From the NCBI GenBank assembly GCA_000004985.1, contig GG738849.1: a stretch of 64,000 nucleotides of DNA; one strand, written 5' to 3'. Position 1 is the stretch's first letter; each line of letters opens with the position of its first letter. A program made the translations under genes and the position numbers. Shown one piece after another: positions 22,806-33,033 of the stretch. This stretch comes from Naegleria gruberi (lineage: Eukaryota). The notes below the pieces were generated by a model. It made no database searches, was not told the origin of the DNA, and saw nothing but the letters and a program-made list of their open reading frames with translations.

Positions 22806-23768
22806 TTATTGGAATGGATTGTAGGTCATTTCATTAATTTTCCAAAATCTAAGAATGCCCTTATCTGAAATGGATTGAATAACTTGATTACTTGGAGTGT
22901 GAAGTACAAATTTACCTTCCAATTCCTTATTTTCATTGAAGGGGAAGAGGGAATGGAGAACTTGCCAAACCCCACTCGATTGTCTAATTCCAAAGCTTGA
23001 CATATACTTTCCAATAATTTCTTCAACTTGCACTCTTGAATAGTTTTGAGATTTTATCAAATCCAACAAGGAATCAGCCTGTGGCAATGGGAATTCTCTC
23101 TTATCAACCTGATAAATGAAATAATCTCCATTTACAACCATGAAACCCTTTGCAAACCTATTGACCACATTATTCTCAACTTCTCTTTCCAATTCCAGTG
23201 AAATATAAGAAGGATTAACATTTGATACGAATGCAGGTTGCCAAATCTCTCTATAATCATCACCATTAATTCCCTCTTCAACCATGAGAGGTTTTCTTGA
23301 CTCTGTATCCACATGTCCAATATCATAACTGCCTGTAAATGGTTGGAAGTCAATTTTACGATCCCATTGACATATCCATGCACTCTGATTGGCATGTGCA
23401 AAGCCAGCAAATGATTTCTGATTGGCCAATTGAAGCAACTCATCCCAAGAATATTGAGACAATGATGATTTTTGGTTTAAATAATTAGGTCTAGTAATTG
23501 GTATTCTAATATCACAATACATTGAATTGGTTTGAATATTGAATACAATGGTTGTGTTATCCACAATGTGACCGATTGGCTCTTCAATCCACAACCTTTT
23601 CCAAACATTTACCATTTGCTGGGGAACTGTGAATGTTGGAGAGCCGAATGTCATCGTTATCATGCATGCAAGGATGATGAAGATGATACTGCGCAATGAT
23701 ATTGGCAAGGTGATTTTATTGTTTGACATTTTTTTTGTGTAGTTTCCTCTTGTAAAAGGAGTAATCAC
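22806..23768 (-). CDS. hypothetical secreted or type-II membrane protein of 320 aa with an N-terminal signal-anchor
   Basis: Single ORF. Hydrophobic segment IIFIILACMITMTFG near the N-terminus. Several N-x-S/T sites. No recognisable family. Confidence 0.5.
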   Translation of the reverse strand: MITPFTRGNYTKKMSNNKITLPISLRSIIFIILACMITMTFGSPTFTVPQQMVNVWKRLWIEEPIGHIVDNTTIVFNIQTNSMYCDIRIPITRPNYLNQKSSLSQYSWDELLQLANQKSFAGFAHANQSAWICQWDRKIDFQPFTGSYDIGHVDTESRKPLMVEEGINGDDYREIWQPAFVSNVNPSYISLELEREVENNVVNRFAKGFMVVNGDYFIYQVDKREFPLPQADSLLDLIKSQNYSRVQVEEIIGKYMSSFGIRQSSGVWQVLHSLFPFNENKELEGKFVLHTPSNQVIQSISDKGILRFWKINEMTYNPFQ

Positions 23769-23910
23769 GGAGTAAGAAGATTCTCCTCATTCCCGCCAAA
23801 ATCATCTACCTTTATTTTGGATTCTTTTGGTTAAAGGTTATGAAATAGGATTAGATTTCGTTTGTATTATTCCAATATTCCACAACAAAAAATGTCTAAA
23901 AATCTATTTA

Positions 23911-26900
23911 TTAAACAAAACAACAACAGAATAATCTGCAAGCATCTTGATGCTCTGGAGAGTTCTTCACTCTGCCCAAACACCCTCCAAGAATATCCCA
24001 ACTCTTATATCCATCTGTATAGTCATGTTCACTGGCAAAGAATGGATTAATTTCCAAAGATTTAACTTGATCAACATATTGCCAAACAACAACCTTGTAT
24101 AAAACTCTGAGATATCTATTTTGATCTCTAGAGGACTTGTCTTCCTTGCCATCATCAAGAACAGCTCCAACCTTGTTGACACGCTTAGTGTAAACCATAA
24201 AGTTGGCAACCCAAGAGAATTTGACAGGAACGAAAGGAAGTAGGCACCATCTAGACGATTTAGTGCTCCATCTTTCAAATTTGAAGAATGGGAAGACGAG
24301 GAATTTCAAAAGTTTGTGACCTTCCTTAAGAGATTTGGAATATCTGATGAAACTGACTTGACGAACAAACAGCCAGAACAAACTCCACTTCTTTTCCTTA
24401 ACTCTTGTATCGCTTGCATAGAAATAGAGGAAGAGTATAAAACTAGTGATTTTAGAGTCCTTATTATCAGACGCGCCACCTGCAAGAATATGTCCATCAC
24501 CAAAAACTTGTCTTCCAAAATGGAACATAGAAACAAACTTGTGGAATAACCAGAGAAGTGACAAGTAGAATGTTGATGTGCCTCCTTCCTTAGAAGAATG
24601 GAAAAGTATGAGTGGGAAAATATAGAAAAGTCTGCTAAAATCTTCACGGCATCTTGAGAGTTTGAATCTTAATGTGGACAATAATGGATGGAATAACCAA
24701 GCAAATGAGTGAGTCAAAGTTGTCTTGGATGATGCAAATTCCTTTGTGAAGGAGTATAACATGAAAATATAAAAGCACAAATCTTGAGTAGATTTGGTCT
24801 TATTTCCCACATTCGAGATGAATGTTACAATATTCCAATATCTCACGAGTGCTAGCTTGTAATAGAACAAGAAGAAAATAGACCAATCTATTCTTTTGGT
24901 TAAATTTGAGCTGTGATCCTTTGTTTGATGAATGAAAAGTGGGAAAATGTAGAACATTGTATCACAATAGGTTCTGGTTCTATCTTTACCAAAATAAATG
25001 ATAGCCAAATTTTTGTGGAAGAAATAGAAGATTGAAATGTCAAACTTCTTTCCAGCTTCTCCTGAAGAATCATTGGTATATCTCACAAGTGGGAATGAAT
25101 AAAATCCAGAATCTGTATGACCGTTAGCAAATAACTTCCAATAGTGGGCCATGGCAATTCTCTTGTAGAATAACCATAACATGAATAAGTGAGTTTTTGT
25201 CTCGAGTGTGACGGATTCCCTTTCTCTTTCAAGGAAGAATATTGGGAACAGATAGGTAAGAATCTTCTTCCTATTTCCCTCAACAACACATCTCCAAAAG
25301 AAAACTGAAACATATTTTTCTACCAGGAATAGAACTGAGAGGAATTTGAACGCTCTAGTAGTCGTCTTAACTGCTCTATAGAAAACCAATGGATAGGCAA
25401 ACCAACCTTGTTCGTTCTCATACTTCCAAACACAGAAAAAGGTAACATATTTGTAAAAGAGCCAGAACAATGAGAATTCTCTCCTTTCAATATTTCCAGT
25501 CATGTGCTTGTAAAAGTATAAACTCATTACGAATTGTCTGTGATTCTTGTTAGAGTAATCATCTGTATTAGTACTCATGGAAACAGAAGGTTGTGTACAA
25601 AGTACGTTATTGTGGAAGAGAGCAAGCCACTTGGTGAACATCCAAACCAAACAGAAAGTCTTTCTCAAACTTGTTCCACTCACGTTGGTATACTTGAGAA
25701 TGACGAGGAAAATGTAGAACCCTTGCTTTCTGTTACTAGTTGTGGTTAAACTCCATGCACGTATCAAGGACAGGTTCTTTGTGAAAAACCAAAATCCGTA
25801 GTGAACATCTTCTTGGACAGTCTTGCTTGGTTGGGTGAGATCGTACTTGATATCTCTATAGTAAAGTGGTGATATGTGAAGTCTCTGCTCTCCAATTTTT
25901 CTTTGATCAATTGGTTTGTAAGTGGAGTATTCATACTCAACAATCCAGTTAATAATAGAGACTCCCCATGTTTTTGGAGCTGGCAACCATAACCATTTCC
26001 AAACTTTGTTTGAATCATTGCATGAATAATAATAAATTGGGAATAGGAAGGAGCTAGTATCACTCTTAGTAATTTGGTTGCTTTCTTTAGAAGTGTTGAC
26101 AACCTTATCCATGGTGAAAAGAGCTGCAGTCTTGTGTAATATCCAAAGCAAAGAAAAGCTTCTTTCAAATACTTCCTCCAAAGTTGTTGTCTTAGTTTGC
26201 TTATCAAAGTAAAATAGAGGCAAAACATAACAGCACAAATAATTGTAGGCATCAGTGGAATATTGTTGGTTCCAATATATAAAGCTCCAACCTTGTCTGA
26301 AAATCCATAGGAATGAGAGAGTAAAATCATTACCTACAACCTCACCATGACCTGTCCACCAATTTTTGACAGTACTGAAGAATAATAGGAACACATACAT
26401 GCTAGATCTATGAGAGTTTGGAGTTATTAATCTGGTATATCTAAATAAGGCAACCTTTTCACTGATAAAATAGATTAGCGAGAATGACAAATATTGACCA
26501 TTACGTAAGGCATTAACAACTTGGTTATTTCTATCAATCTTGATATAAAAAAGAGGAAGTATGTACATTGACTTGATCATCTCTCTATAATCTAAAATAA
26601 TCCTGCCCAATGATAAATCTTTCAAGAGCCAGAATAATGCCACAGTTATTAGTGGAGCATATTGCTTGGTTTCTGAGCTGGTTAAATCAGGAGTTTCCAA
26701 AGCTCTTTTTTCAAAATAAAAGAAGGGGAAGGCAAACAACCTCCAACGCCTCATCATAGAAGTACCCTCAGCTGATCCAACATACTTGCTATCATATTGT
26801 ATCAAACTGTATCTAGTTCTTGGAATATAGAAAAGCTTGAAGTAATAATTTTTGTCCTGGGAATCGATTGATAAATCGAAAATAAAATGCAAGTGGGCCG

Positions 26901-28821
26901 ATTTCTTGCGTCTATCGTTTCTAATGAAAAAGAATGGGAAAATAAAAGTGTACTTCCAATATCTATTGTAAACATAGAAAGGGAATATAGTACTCATGGT
27001 AACTTTTCCATCTTCAACACTATGATAGAAATATGGTGGAAGGAAAAAGAAGGATCCCATTCTGATACTTTCATTCTTTGAAACAAATGAGTAGTAACAG
27101 ACAAAGAGCCAAATGGTTACTTCGTCATAAATCTTTCTATGACCAAAGAGTCCACCAACAAATAACCTAGTATGTGATAAAACCTCATCTGTTTGCTTGT
27201 AACTTGTATAGGTAATGTACAAAAAGAAAGGATACGTTACCAATTTGTGAGATTGCTTTTTGTGTAATTTAGAATATATGATAAGTATGGAGAGATAGTT
27301 CTTCTCCTCTGATCTTCTAGCATAAAGAAGGACAAAAAGTAAGAATGTTTTCTCCTTTCCTATATCTGAATAATAGAAAATTGGGAAGAGCCACACTCTC
27401 ATCTTTTCAATACTCTTCTGATTTCTGTAATAGAATAAATAAAATAGATTCACCATAATATCCTCTCTGCCATCAATATTCTCCTTAAAGAAATAGAAGA
27501 GTAAAGGTATGAGGAATATTTTAGTAGTATCATCTGTTGTCTTTCCATCTCTGATACCAATATCCTTTCGTACCCAATAAAATGGGAGGAAGACATTATT
27601 GTAATCTGTTGAGGTGGTACCTTCGGTTTCATATTTTGACTTATGGAACCAGAATAAAAGTAAGGTGGTGAAAAAGGTTTTTGAGGTTTTGGATGTAGAA
27701 TAATTGTAAATAGTTTTTTTGAAGTAAGTAAAAAGCAAAGGAATAAATAAATGCCAATCATGATCGTGATATTTAGAATAATAGAAGAATGGGAAGAGGT
27801 AGATCCTTCGTTTCATAAGTTGTTTTTCATATTTTGCATGCATGAAAAATGGTGTGATGAAAGTATAAACCTTCTCTGAATTTTTAAAGTAGAAAAAGAG
27901 TAGGAATATCCAAAAGATGTGATGTCCTTTGCTTTCTCCCTTATCTAGAGAAATTTTGATGTGTAATAATCCCCAAATACCAAAGGTAAACTTGGCAGGT
28001 TCAGATGGACTACAATTTTTGGAAGATACGTGTTTCCAATAAAAGAAAAGAACAAATCCTCTGGACCCTCCTTTTTTCAAAAATCTAATCCAACAAATTG
28101 GAAGGAATCTAAGTGAATGTTTTTCTGGCGATCTTTCATATTTCAAAAAAGGCCATGGCATGTGAAGTGTAAAATTACCTTCACCTTTTCTAACTCTGAA
28201 TAGAGGATATAAGATTGACCATTCCTGATATTTTCCTGGTCTTAACTGAGTTCCGAAGAAGGGCCACATTTGTCTGATTCTAAACTTGCCATTTTCAAAT
28301 AAGAAATAGAATGGCAATACTATATTCAAATGTGTTTCTTTTGTTTTGTACTTCCAAAAGAATGGAAATAGTGTCTGGAATGACATGTTATTGTCATCTG
28401 TTCTTTTCGATTCATTAGAGAAATACATAAAAGGGAGAATGGCCATGAACTTGGTTTCTTGAGCTGCATGAAAAGTTTTACGTAAAAAGTACAAGAGACC
28501 TGCCAATATCATGGTTGTTTGTGAAGTCTTACTCTTTCTATGAAAAGTAAGGAATGGAAGAAGAAATAATGTTACAGCATCAATAGAAACCTTATACAAG
28601 ATACTATAAAACAAGAACATGATAGTGAGTGCATTTGTACTGCTATCACTTTCATACTTGAATAGGAATGGACGAATACTAAACTTTTTCCTCGTTCCAT
28701 ACCTTTCATATCTAATGAGAGGCCACATAATATCAGTCTCCGATCTATCCACATTTGAGGTGTGGGAAACAAAGGGCCAAGCTTTGATTTTAAAATCTCT
28801 GTGTCTGCTGGCCATTTTCAA
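23911..28821 (-). CDS. giant aromatic-rich repeat protein (1,636 aa), uncharacterised; dozens of degenerate FP(F/L)(F/Y)(Y/F) and (S/M)L(F/L)WLF(Y/H)K repeats
   Basis: A 4,911-nt uninterrupted ORF in AT-rich DNA cannot be chance. The protein is dominated by F/Y/W/L/K. Motif instances include LFPFFYY, LFPIFYYSD, IFPFYVYNRY, FIFPFFFIRND, FAFPFFYFEK, VLPLFYFDK, LFPIYYYS, LFPIFFLERE, IFPLFIHQ, IFPLILFHSS, VFPFFKFERW, and FSLFWLFYKY, FMLWLFYKR, LSLLWLFHKF, WSLFWLFVRQ. Only short hydrophobic runs of 9-13 aa are present. Confidence 0.6.
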   Translation of the reverse strand: MKMASRHRDFKIKAWPFVSHTSNVDRSETDIMWPLIRYERYGTRKKFSIRPFLFKYESDSSTNALTIMFLFYSILYKVSIDAVTLFLLPFLTFHRKSKTSQTTMILAGLLYFLRKTFHAAQETKFMAILPFMYFSNESKRTDDNNMSFQTLFPFFWKYKTKETHLNIVLPFYFLFENGKFRIRQMWPFFGTQLRPGKYQEWSILYPLFRVRKGEGNFTLHMPWPFLKYERSPEKHSLRFLPICWIRFLKKGGSRGFVLFFYWKHVSSKNCSPSEPAKFTFGIWGLLHIKISLDKGESKGHHIFWIFLLFFYFKNSEKVYTFITPFFMHAKYEKQLMKRRIYLFPFFYYSKYHDHDWHLFIPLLFTYFKKTIYNYSTSKTSKTFFTTLLLFWFHKSKYETEGTTSTDYNNVFLPFYWVRKDIGIRDGKTTDDTTKIFLIPLLFYFFKENIDGREDIMVNLFYLFYYRNQKSIEKMRVWLFPIFYYSDIGKEKTFLLFVLLYARRSEEKNYLSILIIYSKLHKKQSHKLVTYPFFLYITYTSYKQTDEVLSHTRLFVGGLFGHRKIYDEVTIWLFVCYYSFVSKNESIRMGSFFFLPPYFYHSVEDGKVTMSTIFPFYVYNRYWKYTFIFPFFFIRNDRRKKSAHLHFIFDLSIDSQDKNYYFKLFYIPRTRYSLIQYDSKYVGSAEGTSMMRRWRLFAFPFFYFEKRALETPDLTSSETKQYAPLITVALFWLLKDLSLGRIILDYREMIKSMYILPLFYIKIDRNNQVVNALRNGQYLSFSLIYFISEKVALFRYTRLITPNSHRSSMYVFLLFFSTVKNWWTGHGEVVGNDFTLSFLWIFRQGWSFIYWNQQYSTDAYNYLCCYVLPLFYFDKQTKTTTLEEVFERSFSLLWILHKTAALFTMDKVVNTSKESNQITKSDTSSFLFPIYYYSCNDSNKVWKWLWLPAPKTWGVSIINWIVEYEYSTYKPIDQRKIGEQRLHISPLYYRDIKYDLTQPSKTVQEDVHYGFWFFTKNLSLIRAWSLTTTSNRKQGFYIFLVILKYTNVSGTSLRKTFCLVWMFTKWLALFHNNVLCTQPSVSMSTNTDDYSNKNHRQFVMSLYFYKHMTGNIERREFSLFWLFYKYVTFFCVWKYENEQGWFAYPLVFYRAVKTTTRAFKFLSVLFLVEKYVSVFFWRCVVEGNRKKILTYLFPIFFLERERESVTLETKTHLFMLWLFYKRIAMAHYWKLFANGHTDSGFYSFPLVRYTNDSSGEAGKKFDISIFYFFHKNLAIIYFGKDRTRTYCDTMFYIFPLFIHQTKDHSSNLTKRIDWSIFFLFYYKLALVRYWNIVTFISNVGNKTKSTQDLCFYIFMLYSFTKEFASSKTTLTHSFAWLFHPLLSTLRFKLSRCREDFSRLFYIFPLILFHSSKEGGTSTFYLSLLWLFHKFVSMFHFGRQVFGDGHILAGGASDNKDSKITSFILFLYFYASDTRVKEKKWSLFWLFVRQVSFIRYSKSLKEGHKLLKFLVFPFFKFERWSTKSSRWCLLPFVPVKFSWVANFMVYTKRVNKVGAVLDDGKEDKSSRDQNRYLRVLYKVVVWQYVDQVKSLEINPFFASEHDYTDGYKSWDILGGCLGRVKNSPEHQDACRLFCCCFV

Positions 28822-29143
28822 AGATCAACAATAATAGCAACCTAGCACAATATCAATTATTAGAATAGTAATTTATGATAACGTTGATGATGGTGATGAC
28901 TATATAAACTTTGGTGTGTTGATATTTAATGAAACACCTATTCCGGGTGATGGTGTTATCGGGTGATGATCTTTGCTATTTTTTTGTTGTTGAAAGTCCA
29001 ACACAAGTTCTTATTTGAGGCGAGCATTTTTCTGCAGTGAACTTGGAAGTAACTTGAATGATGTATTGCTCACCAACAGCTTTTTCAAGAATAAAATAAG
29101 AAATTGACAAGATATGGGAAGAGAATTGGAAAGAACATGTAGT

Positions 29144-30817
29144 TTATTGAAGCTCGTCAAAGGAGGCTAATAAAGTCCAAATGACTTCACTATTTGCCCA
29201 TAAACCTTGTCTCTTTAAATAATCTGAAACAAGGAGACGTTGCTCGTTGGTGTTTGGATCATGCTTCACTTTGGATTTTTCAATGTAATTGGAGAAGGAG
29301 GCATGTGTCTGAGTCCACAATTCTTCAATCTTGTGGGAAATTTCAGTGTTATCAGAATTAAGATAAAGATGTCTATTTTTGAGGATAAAGTAGAAGAGGG
29401 CATTATCATTGATAAAGCTGATATACATTTGATGAGAGTTTGGAGAAATCTTTCGTTTCTGGTTTTCAACCATTTTGATTTGAATTGTTGATTTGTCTTG
29501 AATAGATCCATATGATTCATTGAACAGGAAACCAGATTCTTCATCATAATAGTCATGGTGCATTTCAATAAGTAATTGAGGAATGAGGTGATTATGTTTC
29601 TTAGAGGAAATAAGGGCCATTACAAGCCAACAATCTTGCCAAAGGAATTTCTTGGTGTGAGGAGTTAACTTATCATCAAAATAAGTAATCCTTTCAGAGG
29701 TTTCTACTTTGAACTTTTTCAAAATTACCTCCAAAACTTGTTCAACAACTTGTTCTAATCTTTGTGTTAATGCTTGGTCAACTGAGTTATTGGAAAGTGT
29801 TTTTTTGAGAGCCAAATAAAGAAGTGAATGATCCACCAATCTGTAGTGTTGTAAATTCACTTGTTGCCCTTTTGGCAAACTCTTTGTGGCCCACATTTGC
29901 TTTTCAGAATCATAAAAATCATCAATTATTTTCTTGCAAAACTTGTTCAAATCCAAATCCTCTGGTTTATACTCTTGTCCTATTGTTGCAAAGAATAAAA
30001 GTCCCATGGTGTTACTAATGAGTTTCTTTTCTTCCTTATTGGTTTTCCAAAATTCTCTTCGTTCCTCCATAATTGACTCAGTTGAACTTTGCCAAATACC
30101 AGATGCTTGTCTCTGATAGAATAATCCATGACTAGCATCAAAATTCAACTTGTAAACTGCTTGTGAGAGTTTGGATAACTTTTCCTTTACATTATTTTCC
30201 TTACAAAACTCGTTAAATTCTGCATTCTTCAATAGATAGAACATATTCAATCCCATCACAAAATTATGCCAACATCCCTCACTATACAATCCACTCTCTG
30301 CATGATACATATTTTCAATGAGATGATAAGGAATGTGTTTATGTTCCTGTTCTGTATTCCAAACTCCTCTAAATAATTGTTCAACCATCTTGTTTGATGT
30401 ATTCGAATATTCCGATGATAATGATGCCATTCTATTATTCGTATGATGATAAAATCTCCTATTATTATTACTCTCTTCAAGTCCCTTCAAATGATCCAAC
30501 AAAAGGCTCCTTCTAGAATGGATGTTTTTTTTCTTTTTGTAATTAGTAAACAACAAGCAAGAAGAGGATGTTGCACAAGCTGCCGATTGGGTGATGATGG
30601 TACCTTCAGATAATGATTGAATTGAGGAAAATTGCAAATGTGCTTTCTCACAAATATCCGATCTTGTTGATGATTTTTTAATATTAATATCGGAATTAAC
30701 TGCACAATAATTATGTATTGATTTGCATATTGTCAATGATGATAGAATTGAATGTTCAATTCCGTTGGTTGAAATGAACAAGTTGTTATGTAATAGTCTA
30801 TTACCAAGCTTGAACAT
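29144..30817 (-). CDS. hypothetical protein of 557 aa
   Basis: Single ORF with good coding composition. The N-terminal 140 aa are S/N-rich, followed by a conserved-looking alpha-helical domain (GCWHNFVMGLNMFYLL..., WLVMALISSKKHN...). I cannot assign a family. Confidence 0.5.
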   Translation of the reverse strand: MFKLGNRLLHNNLFISTNGIEHSILSSLTICKSIHNYCAVNSDINIKKSSTRSDICEKAHLQFSSIQSLSEGTIITQSAACATSSSCLLFTNYKKKKNIHSRRSLLLDHLKGLEESNNNRRFYHHTNNRMASLSSEYSNTSNKMVEQLFRGVWNTEQEHKHIPYHLIENMYHAESGLYSEGCWHNFVMGLNMFYLLKNAEFNEFCKENNVKEKLSKLSQAVYKLNFDASHGLFYQRQASGIWQSSTESIMEERREFWKTNKEEKKLISNTMGLLFFATIGQEYKPEDLDLNKFCKKIIDDFYDSEKQMWATKSLPKGQQVNLQHYRLVDHSLLYLALKKTLSNNSVDQALTQRLEQVVEQVLEVILKKFKVETSERITYFDDKLTPHTKKFLWQDCWLVMALISSKKHNHLIPQLLIEMHHDYYDEESGFLFNESYGSIQDKSTIQIKMVENQKRKISPNSHQMYISFINDNALFYFILKNRHLYLNSDNTEISHKIEELWTQTHASFSNYIEKSKVKHDPNTNEQRLLVSDYLKRQGLWANSEVIWTLLASFDELQ

Positions 30818-31749
30818 TTTTTGTTTTCGAATTTTTACAATAACAATCTATATTTGGTTTAAATTGTATTGTAATTGAATCAAACAAAAAGATGTGCAAT
30901 TTTTTCAGATTTGGAAAGATGTGGACAAAAGATAGTCTGTATTTGAATCTTGAACATTGAGAATAAAAATCACAATTATTTCAATTTCATTATCTGTTAT
31001 CTCTTTCAATAATTCATTCTGAATACTTGAAATCATTTGAATGAATTTATTTGATTCATTCCCTTCCTAGTATTCATACAACAATGGATAATAGTAATGA
31101 ATCAAACTAATTCATTCATATTTTCAGTGAAATACATTTGTATTGGTTGTTGAATTGAGTGAATTTTCAACCTCAACAAATCCAAAGTGTTACTCACACC
31201 AAAATGAGTGAACAAAACCCTCAAATGGTTTTATCAGAAACTCCAAGTCATCTCCAACTCCTTTCATTCGTTAAAGGCAAGCATTATCATCTTATCCTTG
31301 GATTTATAAACAAATGAGGAAGCAAACCTTCTTTTTGTCACTTTCCCCCACTCGTCTAAATATGTCACTATAAACTCAATTGATTTTTTATTACGCCTCC
31401 CAACAGTTTGGGAATCGCTTACTGTGAAAGTTGAATGGATATCATCTTGATTGTGTGTTGCCTATTGACAGAAGTACTGATTGCAAATAAGATTGTATTC
31501 TCAATGGTTTGTAACAGAGAGTATTGTCAATTTATACAATATTATACAATCGTTCTAATATCTCAGACTTTCAATTCAATTGCCAACTTCATGGATACTA
31601 ATTGATATTGTTGCAAATTGAAAGATTGCCGAATAACACTTTTTTTACGTTAAAGAATTGTTGTCTAATTTTCAAACATAGAAATTTTCTTTATGGAAAT
31701 TATCTTTCGTATCTAGATATTATTTGGCATTATGTGATCGTTTACCACA

Positions 31750-32250
31750 TTTAACAAAGAGGAGGAATAAATACACTCCCTCTTATCGTATTATCAGAAA
31801 GGTTCCAGATTCTCAGATTCGAAACCAGCGAACATCCAAACGCAGACTGGGGTGTTGCCTACTCTGGCAACTCTCAGTAACCTTATTAGCTCTTTTCTCA
31901 TCACCATTATTTGTAACTGCACTTGAGGATAACACACAAAATGAACACCTTTAGAAGAGAGAAGAATAGTTTGAAACATTCCACTGCAACTGCCGACTCA
32001 TCCATGAAGAGCATCTTTTGGTCGGTTACTCTATTCAGTGAAGCATTGCACAATGTCATCTCAATTCGTGTATTCGTGTGTTTAGTGTTTGTGGAGGAGG
32101 TGGTTGTGTAGAGTAAATTGCTATTGTCATCAGTGGTGCAATCAGAGCAGCTCTTCTTAATCAGTCCAATCAAGGAAAACGGTTGGAGACCAACAATTGC
32201 TTGTTGTCCATGGGTCGATTCAAAAATCATATTGTTCTTAGTTTCAGGTT
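31750..32250. other. GC-elevated segment of about 500 bp without a significant ORF, inside a 1.8-kb gene-free interval; candidate non-coding RNA or unannotated 5' exons
   Basis: The composition differs from the flanking AT-rich spacer (for example cgaaaccagcgaacatccaaacgcagactggggtgttgcctactctggcaactctcag). The only ORFs are 60-107 codons, overlapping on both strands. No snRNA, SRP or 5S signature was recognised. Confidence 0.2.
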
Positions 32251-32591
32251 TTTCAGTTATTCAACTTTGATATTTGTTTCACAGAGTTTTTCTGCTAGAA
32301 TGTTGTGAAGACTTTTTTTTTATGAAATGTTGATTTTTAAAACACAAAATGTTCAGTTTGAAATGGGTTGAACGAGTGTATCTTCGTATGCAAACAAAAC
32401 GAATGTTCGTAGGTAACAGAGCTAATTTGGTGGTCCATTAGGGTATTCAGAATAATCGATAATGAAAAACTGCTGTTTTCAAGAATCATGACACAATAGT
32501 CATATGAGTAAGGCTGCAAAAGTCGTTTGGAATATGAAATGGAGTTATTATCTCATCTCTACCAATAGACATTTTACAAATAAGGAGCTTG

Positions 32592-32885
32592 TTAAAAACA
32601 ATTATTTAGGAATATCACTTCCCATGTAAAGACTGTTTGGGAATAGTGGATGATTGTTTTTCCACCAGTGAGGAAAACAAGGCCTCTCGGCGCTTTGTGA
32701 AGGCGACTATAGATCCTCTTCGTGATCAAAGGATTTAATAATCCACGAGATACAGAATTGGTCACATCCCTGTATAGAGAAATTTTTTTACAACCATTGC
32801 AATAATAACTACGGTTTTTATCCTCTCCTCCACAACACATGATCGGTGCTAGAGGCAGATCTTTCATTTGATTGAAGGTTTTCAA
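32592..32885 (-). CDS. small Cys-containing basic protein (97 aa), possibly an organellar ribosomal-protein-like ORF
   Basis: Isolated 97-codon ORF containing MCCGGEDKNRSYYCNGCKK and basic patches. Composition is coding-like, but no family is recognised and it could be spurious. Confidence 0.25.
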   Translation of the reverse strand: MKTFNQMKDLPLAPIMCCGGEDKNRSYYCNGCKKISLYRDVTNSVSRGLLNPLITKRIYSRLHKAPRGLVFLTGGKTIIHYSQTVFTWEVIFLNNCF

Positions 32886-33033
32886 ATCTTAATTTGCTTA
32901 TTACAAGTTGTTGAATAGGAAGGAGGAATTGGTGCAACAAGTGAACACTAAAATTTAAAGCCTTGCTTACTTGATAGCTTTGAGATTTTGGCGCTTAAAA
33001 AAAAATAGCTTTAGACACTGTACTTTGAGTAAA

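Noticed and set aside
31750-32250. Assigning the GC-elevated island to a specific ncRNA class (snRNA, SRP RNA, RNase P or telomerase RNA)
   Set aside because: No class-specific signature sequence or structure could be recognised by inspection. It is kept as an unassigned candidate.
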